From contig CAZOMB010000004.1 in the NCBI GenBank assembly GCA_964581105.1, positions 672 through 64,671 of the forward strand: a stretch of DNA of 64,000 nucleotides, in the 5' to 3' direction. A model generated the notes under the pieces. It was not told the origin of the DNA. It saw only the letters and a program-made list of their open reading frames with translations, and ran no database searches. The stretch's first letter is position 1. Each line of letters starts with the position of its first letter. This document shows positions 18,527 to 28,518 of the stretch, piece by piece. This DNA is from Candidatus Micrarchaeota archaeon. Its GTDB lineage: Archaea; Micrarchaeota; Micrarchaeia; Anstonellales; Anstonellaceae. A program made the translations under genes and the position numbers.

Positions 18527-19513
18527 ATGAAAGGAATGATAATCGTTCTTCTGCTTGCAGGGGCGCTGCTTTTTGCTGGGTGCATAATGCCAGTTTCACA
18601 GCCAGTAGTGCCAGAGCAGGAGGAACAAGAGGAACAAATGCCAGAACAAGTTGAAGAGGAGCAAGAAATGCCAGAGCAAGAGGAAGAAGCTGAAGAGGAA
18701 GCTCCTGTAGAAGAAGAGGAGGAAGAGCAGCAAGTGCAAGAAGATGGGTGCACAGTCGAGTTTCAGAAAGACTCATCAAACACATATTATGTAATGGTAA
18801 AAACAGAGTCTGAAAAGGAGCTGACAGTAACCTGCCCGAATGAAAAGCCTGCTGAAAAGAGAGGAGAACTTTTCTTTTGCACGCAGCTTTACATTGAAAA
18901 CCCTGCAATAGCATACCTTGACGGAGTTGAATGTGACAGGGCCCAGTTTTCAGATGCTCTACAGACACAAACAGAGCCAACTGGCCAAAGCTGCACTGTA
19001 ACGCTTGCTCCAGCAAGGATAACTGCTGGTGAAACCAGCGTTGTCACAGTAAAGGCATACATAGGGGATACAACCTCAGAAGTAAGCTATTTGTGCGGAA
19101 ATGAGGAGTCAACTGAAACAGGAAGCGGCCTATTAGACACTGGAAAAATATGCCAGTTTGACGAGCCTGGGACAATTGAAGTATATGCAAAGCTTGACGG
19201 AGAGATTTGCGCAACTGAGCTTTTGGAAGTATTTGCTGAGTCAAAGGGCTGCTCTGTTTATGGGAGCGAATCTTCAGAGGTTTCAGGAAAATACACATAT
19301 ACTGCAATAGTTGCTGGCAGGGGTTATAGTGGAAATGATGACCTTGCCTACAAGTGCTATGATGTTCCTTATGCAATAAAGGTAAGGGACATTCCAAACT
19401 CCACTGACTTTGTGACAACCATTGAGTGCAGCTCACGCGACGGGCCAATGGAAGAGAATGTTGATGTAACAGTCGGCGGAGACTATTGTGGGCAGCTAAA
19501 AGTCCAAAGCTAG
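18527..19513 (+). CDS. Secreted/lipoprotein with an acidic E/Q-rich low-complexity linker and a Cys-containing domain
   Basis: A signal peptide and lipobox-like LLFAGC are present. A PEQEEQEEQMPEQVEEEQEMPEQEEEAEEEAPVEEEEEEQQ tract follows. A T-rich terminator comes after the stop. Confidence 0.5.
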   Translation: MKGMIIVLLLAGALLFAGCIMPVSQPVVPEQEEQEEQMPEQVEEEQEMPEQEEEAEEEAPVEEEEEEQQVQEDGCTVEFQKDSSNTYYVMVKTESEKELTVTCPNEKPAEKRGELFFCTQLYIENPAIAYLDGVECDRAQFSDALQTQTEPTGQSCTVTLAPARITAGETSVVTVKAYIGDTTSEVSYLCGNEESTETGSGLLDTGKICQFDEPGTIEVYAKLDGEICATELLEVFAESKGCSVYGSESSEVSGKYTYTAIVAGRGYSGNDDLAYKCYDVPYAIKVRDIPNSTDFVTTIECSSRDGPMEENVDVTVGGDYCGQLKVQS

Positions 19514-19592
19514 CCCCTTTTTTTCTTTTTCTTTTCTTTTTTCCCTTAAAGACAACGAATATAAACCAGTTGCACCAAGAAATTACCAATGA

Positions 19593-22271
19593 ATGAAAAC
19601 CTTGTTTTTGAAGGTGGTTTGCATGAAGTGGTTTAGTATAATAGTTATAGTAGCTTTGGCTTCGTCTTTGGCATTTGCAGGAGCATATCCTGCTGTTGCT
19701 GCAAGCTATGAAGCATTTTCTGCAGACACCTATAGATTAGCAAGCTCTGAAGGGGATGTTGCCTGTGCTCCGACCGCTTCTGGGGACTGGCTATATGAAG
19801 GGGCAAAGCTCATTGAAATAAGAGCAGGAGAAGCGATTTTCGGAGGCCCTGATGACGTTATGACTGGAGATGATTATTTTGACAAAGTGTATTTTGACCC
19901 AATTGGATTGACAGTAAACGGCCAAGTACTAAATGGCCAGTATTACCAGGATCCGAACGTAAACAACTGGAAGCCAAGAGTATTCTGGAAAGTACCGGGA
20001 AGGGATTGCTATAACTGGAACCACTTTAGCATTAATACTCGAATTGGGGTGCCTGTGCTTGGAACCCCATTGCAAGGAGCATCATCAGGCATTACATACG
20101 CCAATCAGGCATCATTCCCTAGTTTGCCTCTTGGCAATTATCTAGTTGTAAATGAATACATTGGAGGACACGAAGGAATGGCATCAACATGGGTTCCCTA
20201 TATCGCAGAAAATCCATCTTATTCAACACATCGCTTTAAGCTAGAATCCCCTATCTCGCAAGTTTATTACTGGTCAGCTATCAATGCAGCTCACACATCA
20301 TATGAGCCTACTCTTGTAACTGAAAGGGGAAGCAAGTGGACCTCAATTTCAACTACAGATGTTTCAATGCTGCTTGCAAAACAGGTGGCAGAGCCAAGCT
20401 TCACATTTTCACAGGAAGGCTTATCAGGCACGCATGTTTTTTCTACTTTGATTACAGATACTCTTGACAGGACAACAAAAAACAGGCAAAACACACTTGT
20501 TGAAGATGAGTGGCGAGCAGAAATGAGTTCTCCAGATACAAATGGTTTAATAACTTCTCCATTAAGGGCAGTTGAAGGCAATACTGCAAAAGCAAAAAAT
20601 CTATACAGAATTGGTGAAACAGAGTTTCTTGGATTTGCTGATTATACAATGGAAGACCCACAAGCATCAGTGACATATACTGAAAAGCAAAGCTTTTGGG
20701 CAGGCTCAAGCCCAAACGGAGTTGCCTATGATTCTGACGTGGGAATCAGGGATGTTGCAGTAAATAAGTACACTGGGATTGCCTATAGCTCAAAGGTTGA
20801 TGGCAATGATTATGGAATCCCTGTTTGCACAGGCGACCTTTCACCTGGAGATGACTGGGCCTCTTGCCCTGAAAACTCAAACTCAAGAACAGAAAACCAC
20901 AGGGTAAAGATAATGCACTTTGGCTCTGAGTGGATAATAAGCAAAATGCAAAACCCAGAAACTGCTCTTGCAAGCTCTGTTTCTGTTGTGAATGGCGGCT
21001 TAGTAAATCTTGCAAAAGAGAGTGCATATGATATACTGAATGAAGGAGGCCAGGGACTTGCTGGGGGATATTATACTCTAAAGCTTGCAGGGGTGTTGCC
21101 TGACAATATTGCAGTTATTGACTTGTATAACCCTGACAACCAGCTTGTTGGCCAAATACAGGTTTCTGCTGGCACCACCTACACATTTACTTATGGGCAG
21201 GAGAGCATCAAAATGCATGTTTACAGCACAAATGCTGTCACTATATATGATGTGCCTGGCTGGGCAGAAGTAGGAGTTTACTCTGAAGAGATAGGGCTTT
21301 CAGACGGGTCACGATACAACCATGTCCCATCAACACACAAGGACAAAAACTTCAGGATTTCCCTTCTTTGGAAAAACAGGGATTATACTGGGGCTGAATC
21401 AAGCACAACTCCAGACTGCCTGCGTGAAATTGTTGTTTACCATGACTATTTAGATGGAAAAACAAAAAAAGGAGAAGAAAAGCACATGCTTGAAAGCTCC
21501 CCAACATTCACTTTGAGGTTTGACGGCATTGAACCTGATGTTTCTCCAATGTCTCCAGAACTACCAGTGTATGCCAACAACACAACAAACAGCAATACAT
21601 TGACAGTGCTTCCAAGCCCAGCAAATGCAGGCACTACATTTGACTCTGCGTATAATTTGCCATATGGAGCAGTTGTGCCAATAGGAGTTTCCTCAAACCC
21701 TGGCTATTCGTTTGCAGGCTGGAAGAGCAGCACAGGAAACTGCCCAACAATACTTAGCCCTGCTTTTGGCTGGGCTGCAGTAATTACCCCTGATTATGGC
21801 AACCAATGCTTGATTTGGGGAAAGTTCAACAGAGTTGGCACAAAACAAAGCTCAAACAATACAACGCAGATAGGGCCTGCAAGTGGAAGAGAACCATGCC
21901 CAATACTCGGATATACGCATTATGACTGCGAAGTTGCAGGAGGCGAATGGACTGATTCCAATAACTGCTACCACAAATGCGTTAAAAAGCCAACTCCGTC
22001 TTCCATTGGAGTTGCTAAAGACAAGGAAAAAGAGGGCTCAAAAACAAGCACAGGAAGTGCATCTGAGGCAGCGCCTTCAACTGGTGCTGCGCCTTCCGGG
22101 GAAAAGGGAGGCGAAACAACTTCAACAGGAAGCGCCTCTGCCTCAAGCGGCTCATCAGAATCATCTGTAGACGTATCAGATGTTGCAGGTGCAATGGTTG
22201 ATGTTGAAACAGACACCTATGCCAAACTGATGAATATACTTGGCATATATGTTGAGCAGTACCAGGAGTAA
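19593..22271 (+). CDS. Large secreted surface protein, paralog of the 43472-46255 S-layer candidate
   Basis: It has a signal peptide. Its blocks YEAFSADTYRLASSEGDVAC...FWKVPGRDCYNWNHFS and TLITDTLDRT...GNDYGIPVCTGDL...GSEWIISKM align with the 927-aa protein but in the opposite domain order. The C-terminus is Ser/Thr/Gly-rich. Confidence 0.6.
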   Translation: MKTLFLKVVCMKWFSIIVIVALASSLAFAGAYPAVAASYEAFSADTYRLASSEGDVACAPTASGDWLYEGAKLIEIRAGEAIFGGPDDVMTGDDYFDKVYFDPIGLTVNGQVLNGQYYQDPNVNNWKPRVFWKVPGRDCYNWNHFSINTRIGVPVLGTPLQGASSGITYANQASFPSLPLGNYLVVNEYIGGHEGMASTWVPYIAENPSYSTHRFKLESPISQVYYWSAINAAHTSYEPTLVTERGSKWTSISTTDVSMLLAKQVAEPSFTFSQEGLSGTHVFSTLITDTLDRTTKNRQNTLVEDEWRAEMSSPDTNGLITSPLRAVEGNTAKAKNLYRIGETEFLGFADYTMEDPQASVTYTEKQSFWAGSSPNGVAYDSDVGIRDVAVNKYTGIAYSSKVDGNDYGIPVCTGDLSPGDDWASCPENSNSRTENHRVKIMHFGSEWIISKMQNPETALASSVSVVNGGLVNLAKESAYDILNEGGQGLAGGYYTLKLAGVLPDNIAVIDLYNPDNQLVGQIQVSAGTTYTFTYGQESIKMHVYSTNAVTIYDVPGWAEVGVYSEEIGLSDGSRYNHVPSTHKDKNFRISLLWKNRDYTGAESSTTPDCLREIVVYHDYLDGKTKKGEEKHMLESSPTFTLRFDGIEPDVSPMSPELPVYANNTTNSNTLTVLPSPANAGTTFDSAYNLPYGAVVPIGVSSNPGYSFAGWKSSTGNCPTILSPAFGWAAVITPDYGNQCLIWGKFNRVGTKQSSNNTTQIGPASGREPCPILGYTHYDCEVAGGEWTDSNNCYHKCVKKPTPSSIGVAKDKEKEGSKTSTGSASEAAPSTGAAPSGEKGGETTSTGSASASSGSSESSVDVSDVAGAMVDVETDTYAKLMNILGIYVEQYQE

Positions 22272-22323
22272 AACAAAGCCTTAAAATACTGTTCCAGCAT
22301 ATTCGGCACTCACAGTGATACAT

Positions 22324-22812
22324 ATGTCAAAAGTTAGCATACCTGCAATTGTAGAAGGGGGAAAAGCTTCAGCAGGCCCTCCTTTGGGACCAGCATTAGG
22401 GCCACTTGGAGTTGACATAAGCGGAATAATTGATGAAGTGAATAAAAAGACTGCAAACTTTGCCGGATTGAAAGTGCCTGTAAAAGTAATAGTTGACAAG
22501 CAAACAAAAAAATTCGAGATAGAGGTTGGCAGCCCTTCAACTGGCGAGCTTTTGAAAAAAGAGCTTGGAGTTGAAAAGGGGAGAAAAGGAGGCGCTGAGG
22601 AGCCAAAAGTGATTGGAGACCTGAAACTTGAGCAGATAGTGAAAGTTGCAAAAATGAAAATGGACGGCTCATTGGTAAAAAACCTGAAAAACGGGGCAAA
22701 GGAAGTTTTAGGCACATGCGTTTCATTGGGAATAACTGTTGAGGGAAAAGACGCCAAAAAGCTGATAGCAGAAGTTAACGAAGGCCAGCATGATTCAGTG
22801 CTTTCAGGCTAG
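22324..22812 (+). CDS. rpl11: 50S ribosomal protein uL11
   Basis: GGKASAGPPLGPALGPLGV...LGTCVSLGITVEGKD is the archaeal L11 signature. Confidence 0.9.
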   Translation: MSKVSIPAIVEGGKASAGPPLGPALGPLGVDISGIIDEVNKKTANFAGLKVPVKVIVDKQTKKFEIEVGSPSTGELLKKELGVEKGRKGGAEEPKVIGDLKLEQIVKVAKMKMDGSLVKNLKNGAKEVLGTCVSLGITVEGKDAKKLIAEVNEGQHDSVLSG

Positions 22813-22853
22813 GTTTTAAATACTCTTTTTGTGAATGCACATGAGGTAGTCAA

Positions 22854-24458
22854 ATGAGAGTCCTAATAGTTTGTTTGCTGCTTTTTTTGGCACCAATTTC
22901 ATTTGCAGGGGTTGAGTGGAGCTATTTGGCAACAGACTCAATAAACGGAAAAGTTGCAGTTGCCCAAAGCAGGGCGATTTTCACTTCTTATGACAACAAT
23001 GTTTATGCTGTAATGCTCCAAACAGGCACAATCTCATGGACCTATGACACTGGGGAAAAAATAATACTTGAGCCTGTGCTTGCAGATTCAAAAACAGTTG
23101 CAGTAGCAACAGAAACAGGCTCACTTATTTTCCTGAATGCCCAGGATGGCAGGAAAAAGCTGTCAATAGAAACCAGAAAACCGCCCCACTCAATCGCAGC
23201 AAGCTCTGGAATGGTTTTCCTTGCCTCAGAAAAAACAATAATGGCATTTGATTCATCAGGAGAATCAAAATGGAATGCAAGCTTTTCTGACATGCCAGGG
23301 CAAATAGGCACAAGCAATGAAGTTCTGTATGTCACTTCTGGGGGAAAAATGTATTGCATTGCAGCAAGCAGCGGGACAACAAAATGGATTTCAGCTTCTG
23401 AGGACTCTTTTCTTTCAAAGCCTGTTGAATACACTGGCACAGTTTACTTTGGGGCAACTGACCAGCGGCTTTATGCACTTGACCATTCGAGCGGAAAAGT
23501 GCGCTGGAGCTTTAAGACTGGTGGCTGGATCCTTTCAACCCCTGTGCAATCAGGAAATGCGATTTACTTTGGCTCAAATGACGGGTACCTTTACTCAATA
23601 ACAAAAGCAGGCCAGCTGCGCTTCAGGTTCAAGACAGGTGACGGCATATGGGGGGAGCCTTTGATACAAAATGATTTGGTGGTATTTGGCTCAAATGACG
23701 GCAACTTGTATGGAATTGACGCAAACACTGGGGAAGAGGCATGGTCATTTTCAGCAGGAGGAAGAATAGGCCCTCCTGTTGAGCACAATAATGCATTTTT
23801 GTTTGGAACAAGCAAAGGAAGGGTTTACCATCTTTCACCATCGCCAATCTGCAGCTTTACCTGGCCCTCAACAGGCGATGCTGTTGGAGACTGGCCACTT
23901 GATGTTGAGGGAAAGGCACGCTCTGATTCTGGAATATCAAAAGTCGAAATAAGGGTTGACAAAGGGGTTTGGGTGCCTGCTTATGGAGAGCAGGAGTGGC
24001 ATGCAAGCGCTGACTTTGCAGGCCTTGCCCAAGGAGCAGTAAAAGTTGAATGCAGGGCAACTGACAAATCAGGAAAAACTGAAACAGGGGATTATGCCTC
24101 AATAATACTTGTAAAAACAGAAAATGTACCTTTGCAGAAAATGTTTGTTTCAGCCCCATATGAGGTTGAGCCAAATGAGAGCTTTGAGCTTGGGATAAAG
24201 GACAGCAGGGGAAAGGATTTGCACAATGTTTTGCTGAAGATAGGGGAAACTGAAAAGCCTGGTGACAGCCCGTTTTTGATTACCCTTGGCAAAAGCGGTG
24301 AAGTGAAAATTGTGCTTGAAAAGCCTGGCTTTGGGCCTGAAGAGGCCATTATAAAGGGAAAAGGAGGGATTGACTTCACTCTTGTTCTTGGTGTATTGGT
24401 TGTCCTCATAATCGCAGGCGCTGCCTATATTGTGCTTGTGAAAAACAAAGGCACATAA
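22854..24458 (+). CDS. Secreted PQQ-like beta-propeller repeat protein with a C-terminal TM anchor
   Basis: It has a signal peptide. Repeated YAxD/GxxxW/F motifs (e.g. LYGIDANTGEEAWSF) are typical of PQQ/BamB-type propellers. The C-terminal hydrophobic helix is LVLGVLVVLIIAGAAYIVLV. Confidence 0.7.
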   Translation: MRVLIVCLLLFLAPISFAGVEWSYLATDSINGKVAVAQSRAIFTSYDNNVYAVMLQTGTISWTYDTGEKIILEPVLADSKTVAVATETGSLIFLNAQDGRKKLSIETRKPPHSIAASSGMVFLASEKTIMAFDSSGESKWNASFSDMPGQIGTSNEVLYVTSGGKMYCIAASSGTTKWISASEDSFLSKPVEYTGTVYFGATDQRLYALDHSSGKVRWSFKTGGWILSTPVQSGNAIYFGSNDGYLYSITKAGQLRFRFKTGDGIWGEPLIQNDLVVFGSNDGNLYGIDANTGEEAWSFSAGGRIGPPVEHNNAFLFGTSKGRVYHLSPSPICSFTWPSTGDAVGDWPLDVEGKARSDSGISKVEIRVDKGVWVPAYGEQEWHASADFAGLAQGAVKVECRATDKSGKTETGDYASIILVKTENVPLQKMFVSAPYEVEPNESFELGIKDSRGKDLHNVLLKIGETEKPGDSPFLITLGKSGEVKIVLEKPGFGPEEAIIKGKGGIDFTLVLGVLVVLIIAGAAYIVLVKNKGT

Positions 24459-24518
24459 CTAACATTTCCCTACTTTCTACCACAACATTTATATACTGTT
24501 TTACCAATAAGTGAGAAT

Positions 24519-25100
24519 ATGGCAACAAAGCTAACCATGGAAGAGATAAACGGCATGCTCAAAAGAAAGAGATTTACGAACAGCCTCAGCAAAAAGGAAA
24601 GAAGGGACCTTTTTCATCAAAAATTCCTGCGTGAAAGAGAGGGCCGTGATAAAAGGCTGTCAAAAATAACTGACTCCGGCACTACTACTAAACCAGCAGA
24701 ACTCACACTTTTCAAAATCAGCAGTGAAGGAATCAGAAACTTTGAAAATGAAGAACTGGTCAGAAAACTTGAAGAGAAAATAATTGCTGTTAAAAAGAAA
24801 ATCAAGAGCTTGTCACTGTTTGAAAGTGTTGATTTTGAGAATGGCAAAAATGGCATTGAGACAACAGTCCAGCTTCTTGACTGGATAATGGACATGGCTC
24901 ATGAGGAAGACTTTAATGGAATTGTCAGGCTCTTTGAAGACCTTCATAGCATAGTCATTGATTATAATTGGAGCAAAAAAAACCATCCTGAGATATTTTT
25001 TGCTGCAAACCAGTTTAAGAGAGACCCTGAGCTAAATAACATTTACTCTCAAGTGCTTATATGGCAAAACAGACATGTAAGGAGTAAAAAATCTGCTTAA
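24519..25100 (+). CDS. Hypothetical protein
   Basis: It is a 193-aa charged protein. It is convergent with spt5 and overlaps its stop by 4 nt. Confidence 0.4.
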   Translation: MATKLTMEEINGMLKRKRFTNSLSKKERRDLFHQKFLREREGRDKRLSKITDSGTTTKPAELTLFKISSEGIRNFENEELVRKLEEKIIAVKKKIKSLSLFESVDFENGKNGIETTVQLLDWIMDMAHEEDFNGIVRLFEDLHSIVIDYNWSKKNHPEIFFAANQFKRDPELNNIYSQVLIWQNRHVRSKKSA

Positions 25101-25555
25101 TTCTGCACATCTTTTGCCTTTTGGAATACTTTCAATGTATTTGCCTTTACTGTGACAGGTATTGGCACTGCAACTTCAGTAAGCTCAACTGTGACCTCGT
25201 CCTTGTTTGTGTCGATTTTTATTACCTTTGCCTTTTCACCTTTGAATGGGCCTGACACAAGCTCAACAACATCGCCTTTTGAGATTGAAAGCACAGCAGG
25301 CTTTGCTGCCTCAATCATGCTGCCAATGTCCTTTATGTCCATTGGCTTGTCAAGAACGCCCTTTATGTGCGGTATTCTCAACCCTGCCTGGCGCACAGAA
25401 ACCTCATCCTGGCCCTCAACTATCAAATAGCCCTTCAAATCCTCAAAATATGCTATTGAGATTATCTTCAGGCTTTCCTTTTTTGCCTTTTTTGCCAGCA
25501 TGTCAAGCACGACCTTTTCCTGGCCTGCTGTTACCCTGTATACATAAATCATCAA
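25097..25555 (-). CDS. spt5: Transcription elongation factor Spt5 (NusG homolog)
   Basis: An NGN domain is followed by a KOW motif (ISKGDVVELVSGPFKGEKAKV). It sits immediately downstream of secE and ftsZ. Confidence 0.85.
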   Translation of the reverse strand: MMIYVYRVTAGQEKVVLDMLAKKAKKESLKIISIAYFEDLKGYLIVEGQDEVSVRQAGLRIPHIKGVLDKPMDIKDIGSMIEAAKPAVLSISKGDVVELVSGPFKGEKAKVIKIDTNKDEVTVELTEVAVPIPVTVKANTLKVFQKAKDVQN

Positions 25556-25560
25556 AGCAC

Positions 25561-25725
25561 CTAAATCAGGTTGAATATTACTGAAAGCACCATGCCAAAC
25601 AAGCCAACCAAAATCACGCCAAGCCCCGTTATCTGCACTATTTTCTCAAACTCCTTTTGCCTTGGCCTTGCAGCAACATTCATAACCCTGATTGACTGCT
25701 TTATGAAACCTACTGCGTCAAACAT
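25561..25725 (-). CDS. secE: Preprotein translocase subunit SecE (Sec61 gamma), 54 aa. It is absent from the ORF track because it is shorter than 60 aa.
   Basis: My translation is MFDAVGFIKQSIRVMNVAARPRQKEFEKIVQITGLGVILVGLFGMVLSVIFNLI. It has a KPxxxEF element plus a single C-terminal TM, as in archaeal SecE. It starts 6 nt after the ftsZ stop and ends 5 nt before the spt5 start. Confidence 0.7.
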   Translation of the reverse strand: MFDAVGFIKQSIRVMNVAARPRQKEFEKIVQITGLGVILVGLFGMVLSVIFNLI

Positions 25726-25730
25726 TCAAA

Positions 25731-26834
25731 TTACCCCAATAAATCAAGGTCAAGCTCCTCAGCCTGCCCTGCTAATTGTGAAGCTTCCTTTTTCAGCTCA
25801 TAATGCGGGAATTTTGCCCCAGCAAGGACTGCCAAAACCTTGATTGAGCTCTTTTTTGCGCTTTTCTCAATCCTTGCGCCCCAAATAATGTGAGATGACG
25901 GGTCAATCCTCTTTGAGACTTCGCTCACAATAAGCTCAGCCTCCTTTAATGTCATGTCCTCCCCGCCAACAACATTGATAAGTGCCCTGCTTGCTGAAGT
26001 GACGTCAACATCCAAAAGAGGCGAATTCATTGCAGTGTCAACAGCAATAAGTGCCCGCTGGTCTGGCTTTGCCTCAACTGAAGCCTCTCCCATGCCAACA
26101 ACAGCACAGCCTGCTGCTGACAGGATTGTCCGCAAATCTGCAAAGTCAAGGTTCACAAGGCCTGCTTTTGTCACAAGCTCTGCAATCCCTTTTACAGCGC
26201 CTGCCAATACTTCGTCAGAAACCTTGAATGCTGTGTTAAGCGGAAGGTCTGGCACTATTGAGAGCAATTTGTCATTTGGTATTACAACCACTGTATCTGC
26301 ATGCTTTCTCAGTTTCTCAAGGCCTTCAAGCGCATTTTGCATCCTTATCTTCCCTTCAGATGAAAAAGGCAGGGTAACAACAGCTATTGTAAGCGCGCCT
26401 GCTGTTTTTGCATTTTCTGCTATTATGTGCGCGCTTCCTGTCCCTGTTCCTCCGCCCATTCCACAGGTAATGAAAAGCATCATTGAGTCTGACACTGCAT
26501 TTTTTATCTCAGAAGCCGACTCTTTTGCAGCAGCCTCCCCAAGCTGCGGGTTTGAGCCTGCGCCCATTCCTTTGGTTGTTTTTTTGCCAAGCAGTACTTT
26601 TTTGTCTGCCCTCATTTTCACCAAATGCTGAACATCAGTATTCATTGCAACCAATGTTACGCCGTCTATTTTCATCTCATGAAGCCTGCTCATTGTATTG
26701 CAGCCAGAGCCGCCAGCGCCAACAACAAATATGCGAGGCTTTGATGACTCTATGAACTTGAGTAGCTCCTCATCTTCCTTTGAGACAGTGACCCCTTCAG
26801 GGATCTGCTTTTCAACATTGTTCATGCTTGCCAT
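25731..26834 (-). CDS. ftsZ: Cell division GTPase FtsZ
   Basis: VVGAGGSGCNT and GMGGGTGTGSAHIIAE are the tubulin/FtsZ signatures. Confidence 0.9.
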   Translation of the reverse strand: MASMNNVEKQIPEGVTVSKEDEELLKFIESSKPRIFVVGAGGSGCNTMSRLHEMKIDGVTLVAMNTDVQHLVKMRADKKVLLGKKTTKGMGAGSNPQLGEAAAKESASEIKNAVSDSMMLFITCGMGGGTGTGSAHIIAENAKTAGALTIAVVTLPFSSEGKIRMQNALEGLEKLRKHADTVVVIPNDKLLSIVPDLPLNTAFKVSDEVLAGAVKGIAELVTKAGLVNLDFADLRTILSAAGCAVVGMGEASVEAKPDQRALIAVDTAMNSPLLDVDVTSASRALINVVGGEDMTLKEAELIVSEVSKRIDPSSHIIWGARIEKSAKKSSIKVLAVLAGAKFPHYELKKEASQLAGQAEELDLDLLG

Positions 26835-26903
26835 AGATATTCACGCGCATGCTAAGTATATTTCATTTCACCCCGAATATGCGTGCGAAAATTTATAATG
26901 GGG

Positions 26904-28457
26904 TCAGGCAATGCTTGAAAGCACTGTTTTTTCAAGGTCAACAGGCTCCCAGCCCTTTAATGCCTTTATTGCAAAATCAAGCTTTGACTCAGAGTCAGAA
27001 AATATCTCAAAAAGAGGGTCGCCTTTTTTCACCTTGTCCCCTCTTTCGCACTGCAAAAGAACACCTGCCGACTTGTCCCTTGGAGCGCCGGCAGCTCTTG
27101 CTATTTTTGAAATCATTTTGTTGTCAATGTGAAATACCCTGCCGGTTTTCCTTGCAACAACTTCATATTTGTGCTTTGCAATCGGAAGGTCAGCAATCTT
27201 CACATTTGGCTTGCCCCCCTGGAGCTCAACTATTTGCCTGAATTTTTGCAGCGCTTTTCCTGATGAGAGTATTCCTGACGCAACCTCAAAGCCCCTGCCC
27301 TTTTTGACTTTTCTTGAAAGCTCCAAAAGAGAGCCAGCAAGCTGGCATGACTTTATCCTAAGGTCATGCGGCCCCCCGTTGTTAAGAACAGTAAGAACAT
27401 CCATGCATTCAAGTGACGGGCCTATGCCAAACCCAACAGGCTCGCTGCCGTCTGTAAGCAGGACCTCTATTTTCATGCCAAGCTGCTTTCCTATTGAAAT
27501 AAAGTCATGGGCAAGTTCTTTTGCCTCTTTTTGGCCAGCTATTTTTGCACCTCTTCCAATTGGGATGTCAATAATAACATATTGTGCCTCTACGCTTTTT
27601 TTCTTTGCCAAAATTGAGGCAAGCATTACTCCTCTTGGGTCAAGCGAAAGCGGGTTTCTTATTTTTATGAGCTTGTCATCTGCTGATGCCAGCTTCAGCG
27701 CCCCTCCCCAAACCATGCACCCATGTGATTTTTTCACTATGCTCCTCATTTCATCCAGCTTAAATGAAACAGAGCAGATTGTTTCCAATGTGTCTGCTGT
27801 GCCTGATGCTGAGGTAATTGACCTGCTTGATGTTTTTGGTATGTATAGGCCAGCAGCAGCAATTATTGGCACAACAACCATGGTTGTCCTGTTTCCTGCA
27901 ACCCCTCCAATACAGTGCTTGTCGCATATTGGCTTTTTTCCAAGCTGCAAGGTTTGCCCTGTTGCAACAAGGCTTTTTGTAAGCCCAACAACTTCCTCAT
28001 CAGTCATGCCCCTTATGTACAAAGAGGTAATGAATGACGCAAGCTCTGCCTCTGACAGCCTGTTTTGCATAAGCTCGCGCATCACTGTTTCTATTTCCCA
28101 TTTTGAAAGTATGTGGCCATCCATTTTCTTTTTGATGAATTCGATTGATGAAGGCCGCTGCATGTGCTTTATTTCAATTCTCCCGTCCCCTTCAAGCCCG
28201 AGCTCAGCGCACACTTCTGAAAAAAGGCCGATTTCCCCTCTTTTCACCAAGTCATTGGACAAATCCAGTGTTGCAACTATCTGCTTGGTTCCTGCCTGAA
28301 GTATTACCCTGTGCGAGGCATAAAGGTCGTTTTCATGTGCCTCATCCTCATTAAGGACAACTATTTTGCCGCCTGCAATTAAGTCAAAGCACTTTGCTGT
28401 GCATATGAACTTCTTGTATTCCCAAACCTTTTCCTTTAGAGGAATCTGGCCTGCCAT
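26904..28457 (-). CDS. AMP phosphorylase / thymidine phosphorylase family protein
   Basis: It is 517 aa. DKHCIGGVAGNRTTMVV corresponds to the phosphate-binding region of pyrimidine-nucleoside phosphorylases. Archaeal AMP phosphorylases are about 500 aa with an extra N-domain. Confidence 0.8.
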   Translation of the reverse strand: MAGQIPLKEKVWEYKKFICTAKCFDLIAGGKIVVLNEDEAHENDLYASHRVILQAGTKQIVATLDLSNDLVKRGEIGLFSEVCAELGLEGDGRIEIKHMQRPSSIEFIKKKMDGHILSKWEIETVMRELMQNRLSEAELASFITSLYIRGMTDEEVVGLTKSLVATGQTLQLGKKPICDKHCIGGVAGNRTTMVVVPIIAAAGLYIPKTSSRSITSASGTADTLETICSVSFKLDEMRSIVKKSHGCMVWGGALKLASADDKLIKIRNPLSLDPRGVMLASILAKKKSVEAQYVIIDIPIGRGAKIAGQKEAKELAHDFISIGKQLGMKIEVLLTDGSEPVGFGIGPSLECMDVLTVLNNGGPHDLRIKSCQLAGSLLELSRKVKKGRGFEVASGILSSGKALQKFRQIVELQGGKPNVKIADLPIAKHKYEVVARKTGRVFHIDNKMISKIARAAGAPRDKSAGVLLQCERGDKVKKGDPLFEIFSDSESKLDFAIKALKGWEPVDLEKTVLSSIA

Positions 28458-28518
28458 GCTCTTTGCTATCCTTGTGAAATTTATAAAGCCAAAGCTCGGG
28501 CTAAGGGAAATTTAGATT

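Noticed and set aside
18590-18740. E/Q-rich repetitive stretch suspected as a DNA repeat or CRISPR-like array
   Set aside because: It is in-frame low-complexity coding sequence (an acidic linker of a lipoprotein). It has no regular repeat-spacer periodicity. No CRISPR repeats were seen anywhere in the window.
22315-25555. Canonical spt5-rpl11-rpl1-rpl10-rpl12 ribosomal cluster
   Set aside because: rpl11 is on the opposite strand, 2.3 kb from spt5. It is followed by a PQQ-propeller gene rather than rpl1. So the canonical cluster is not present here.
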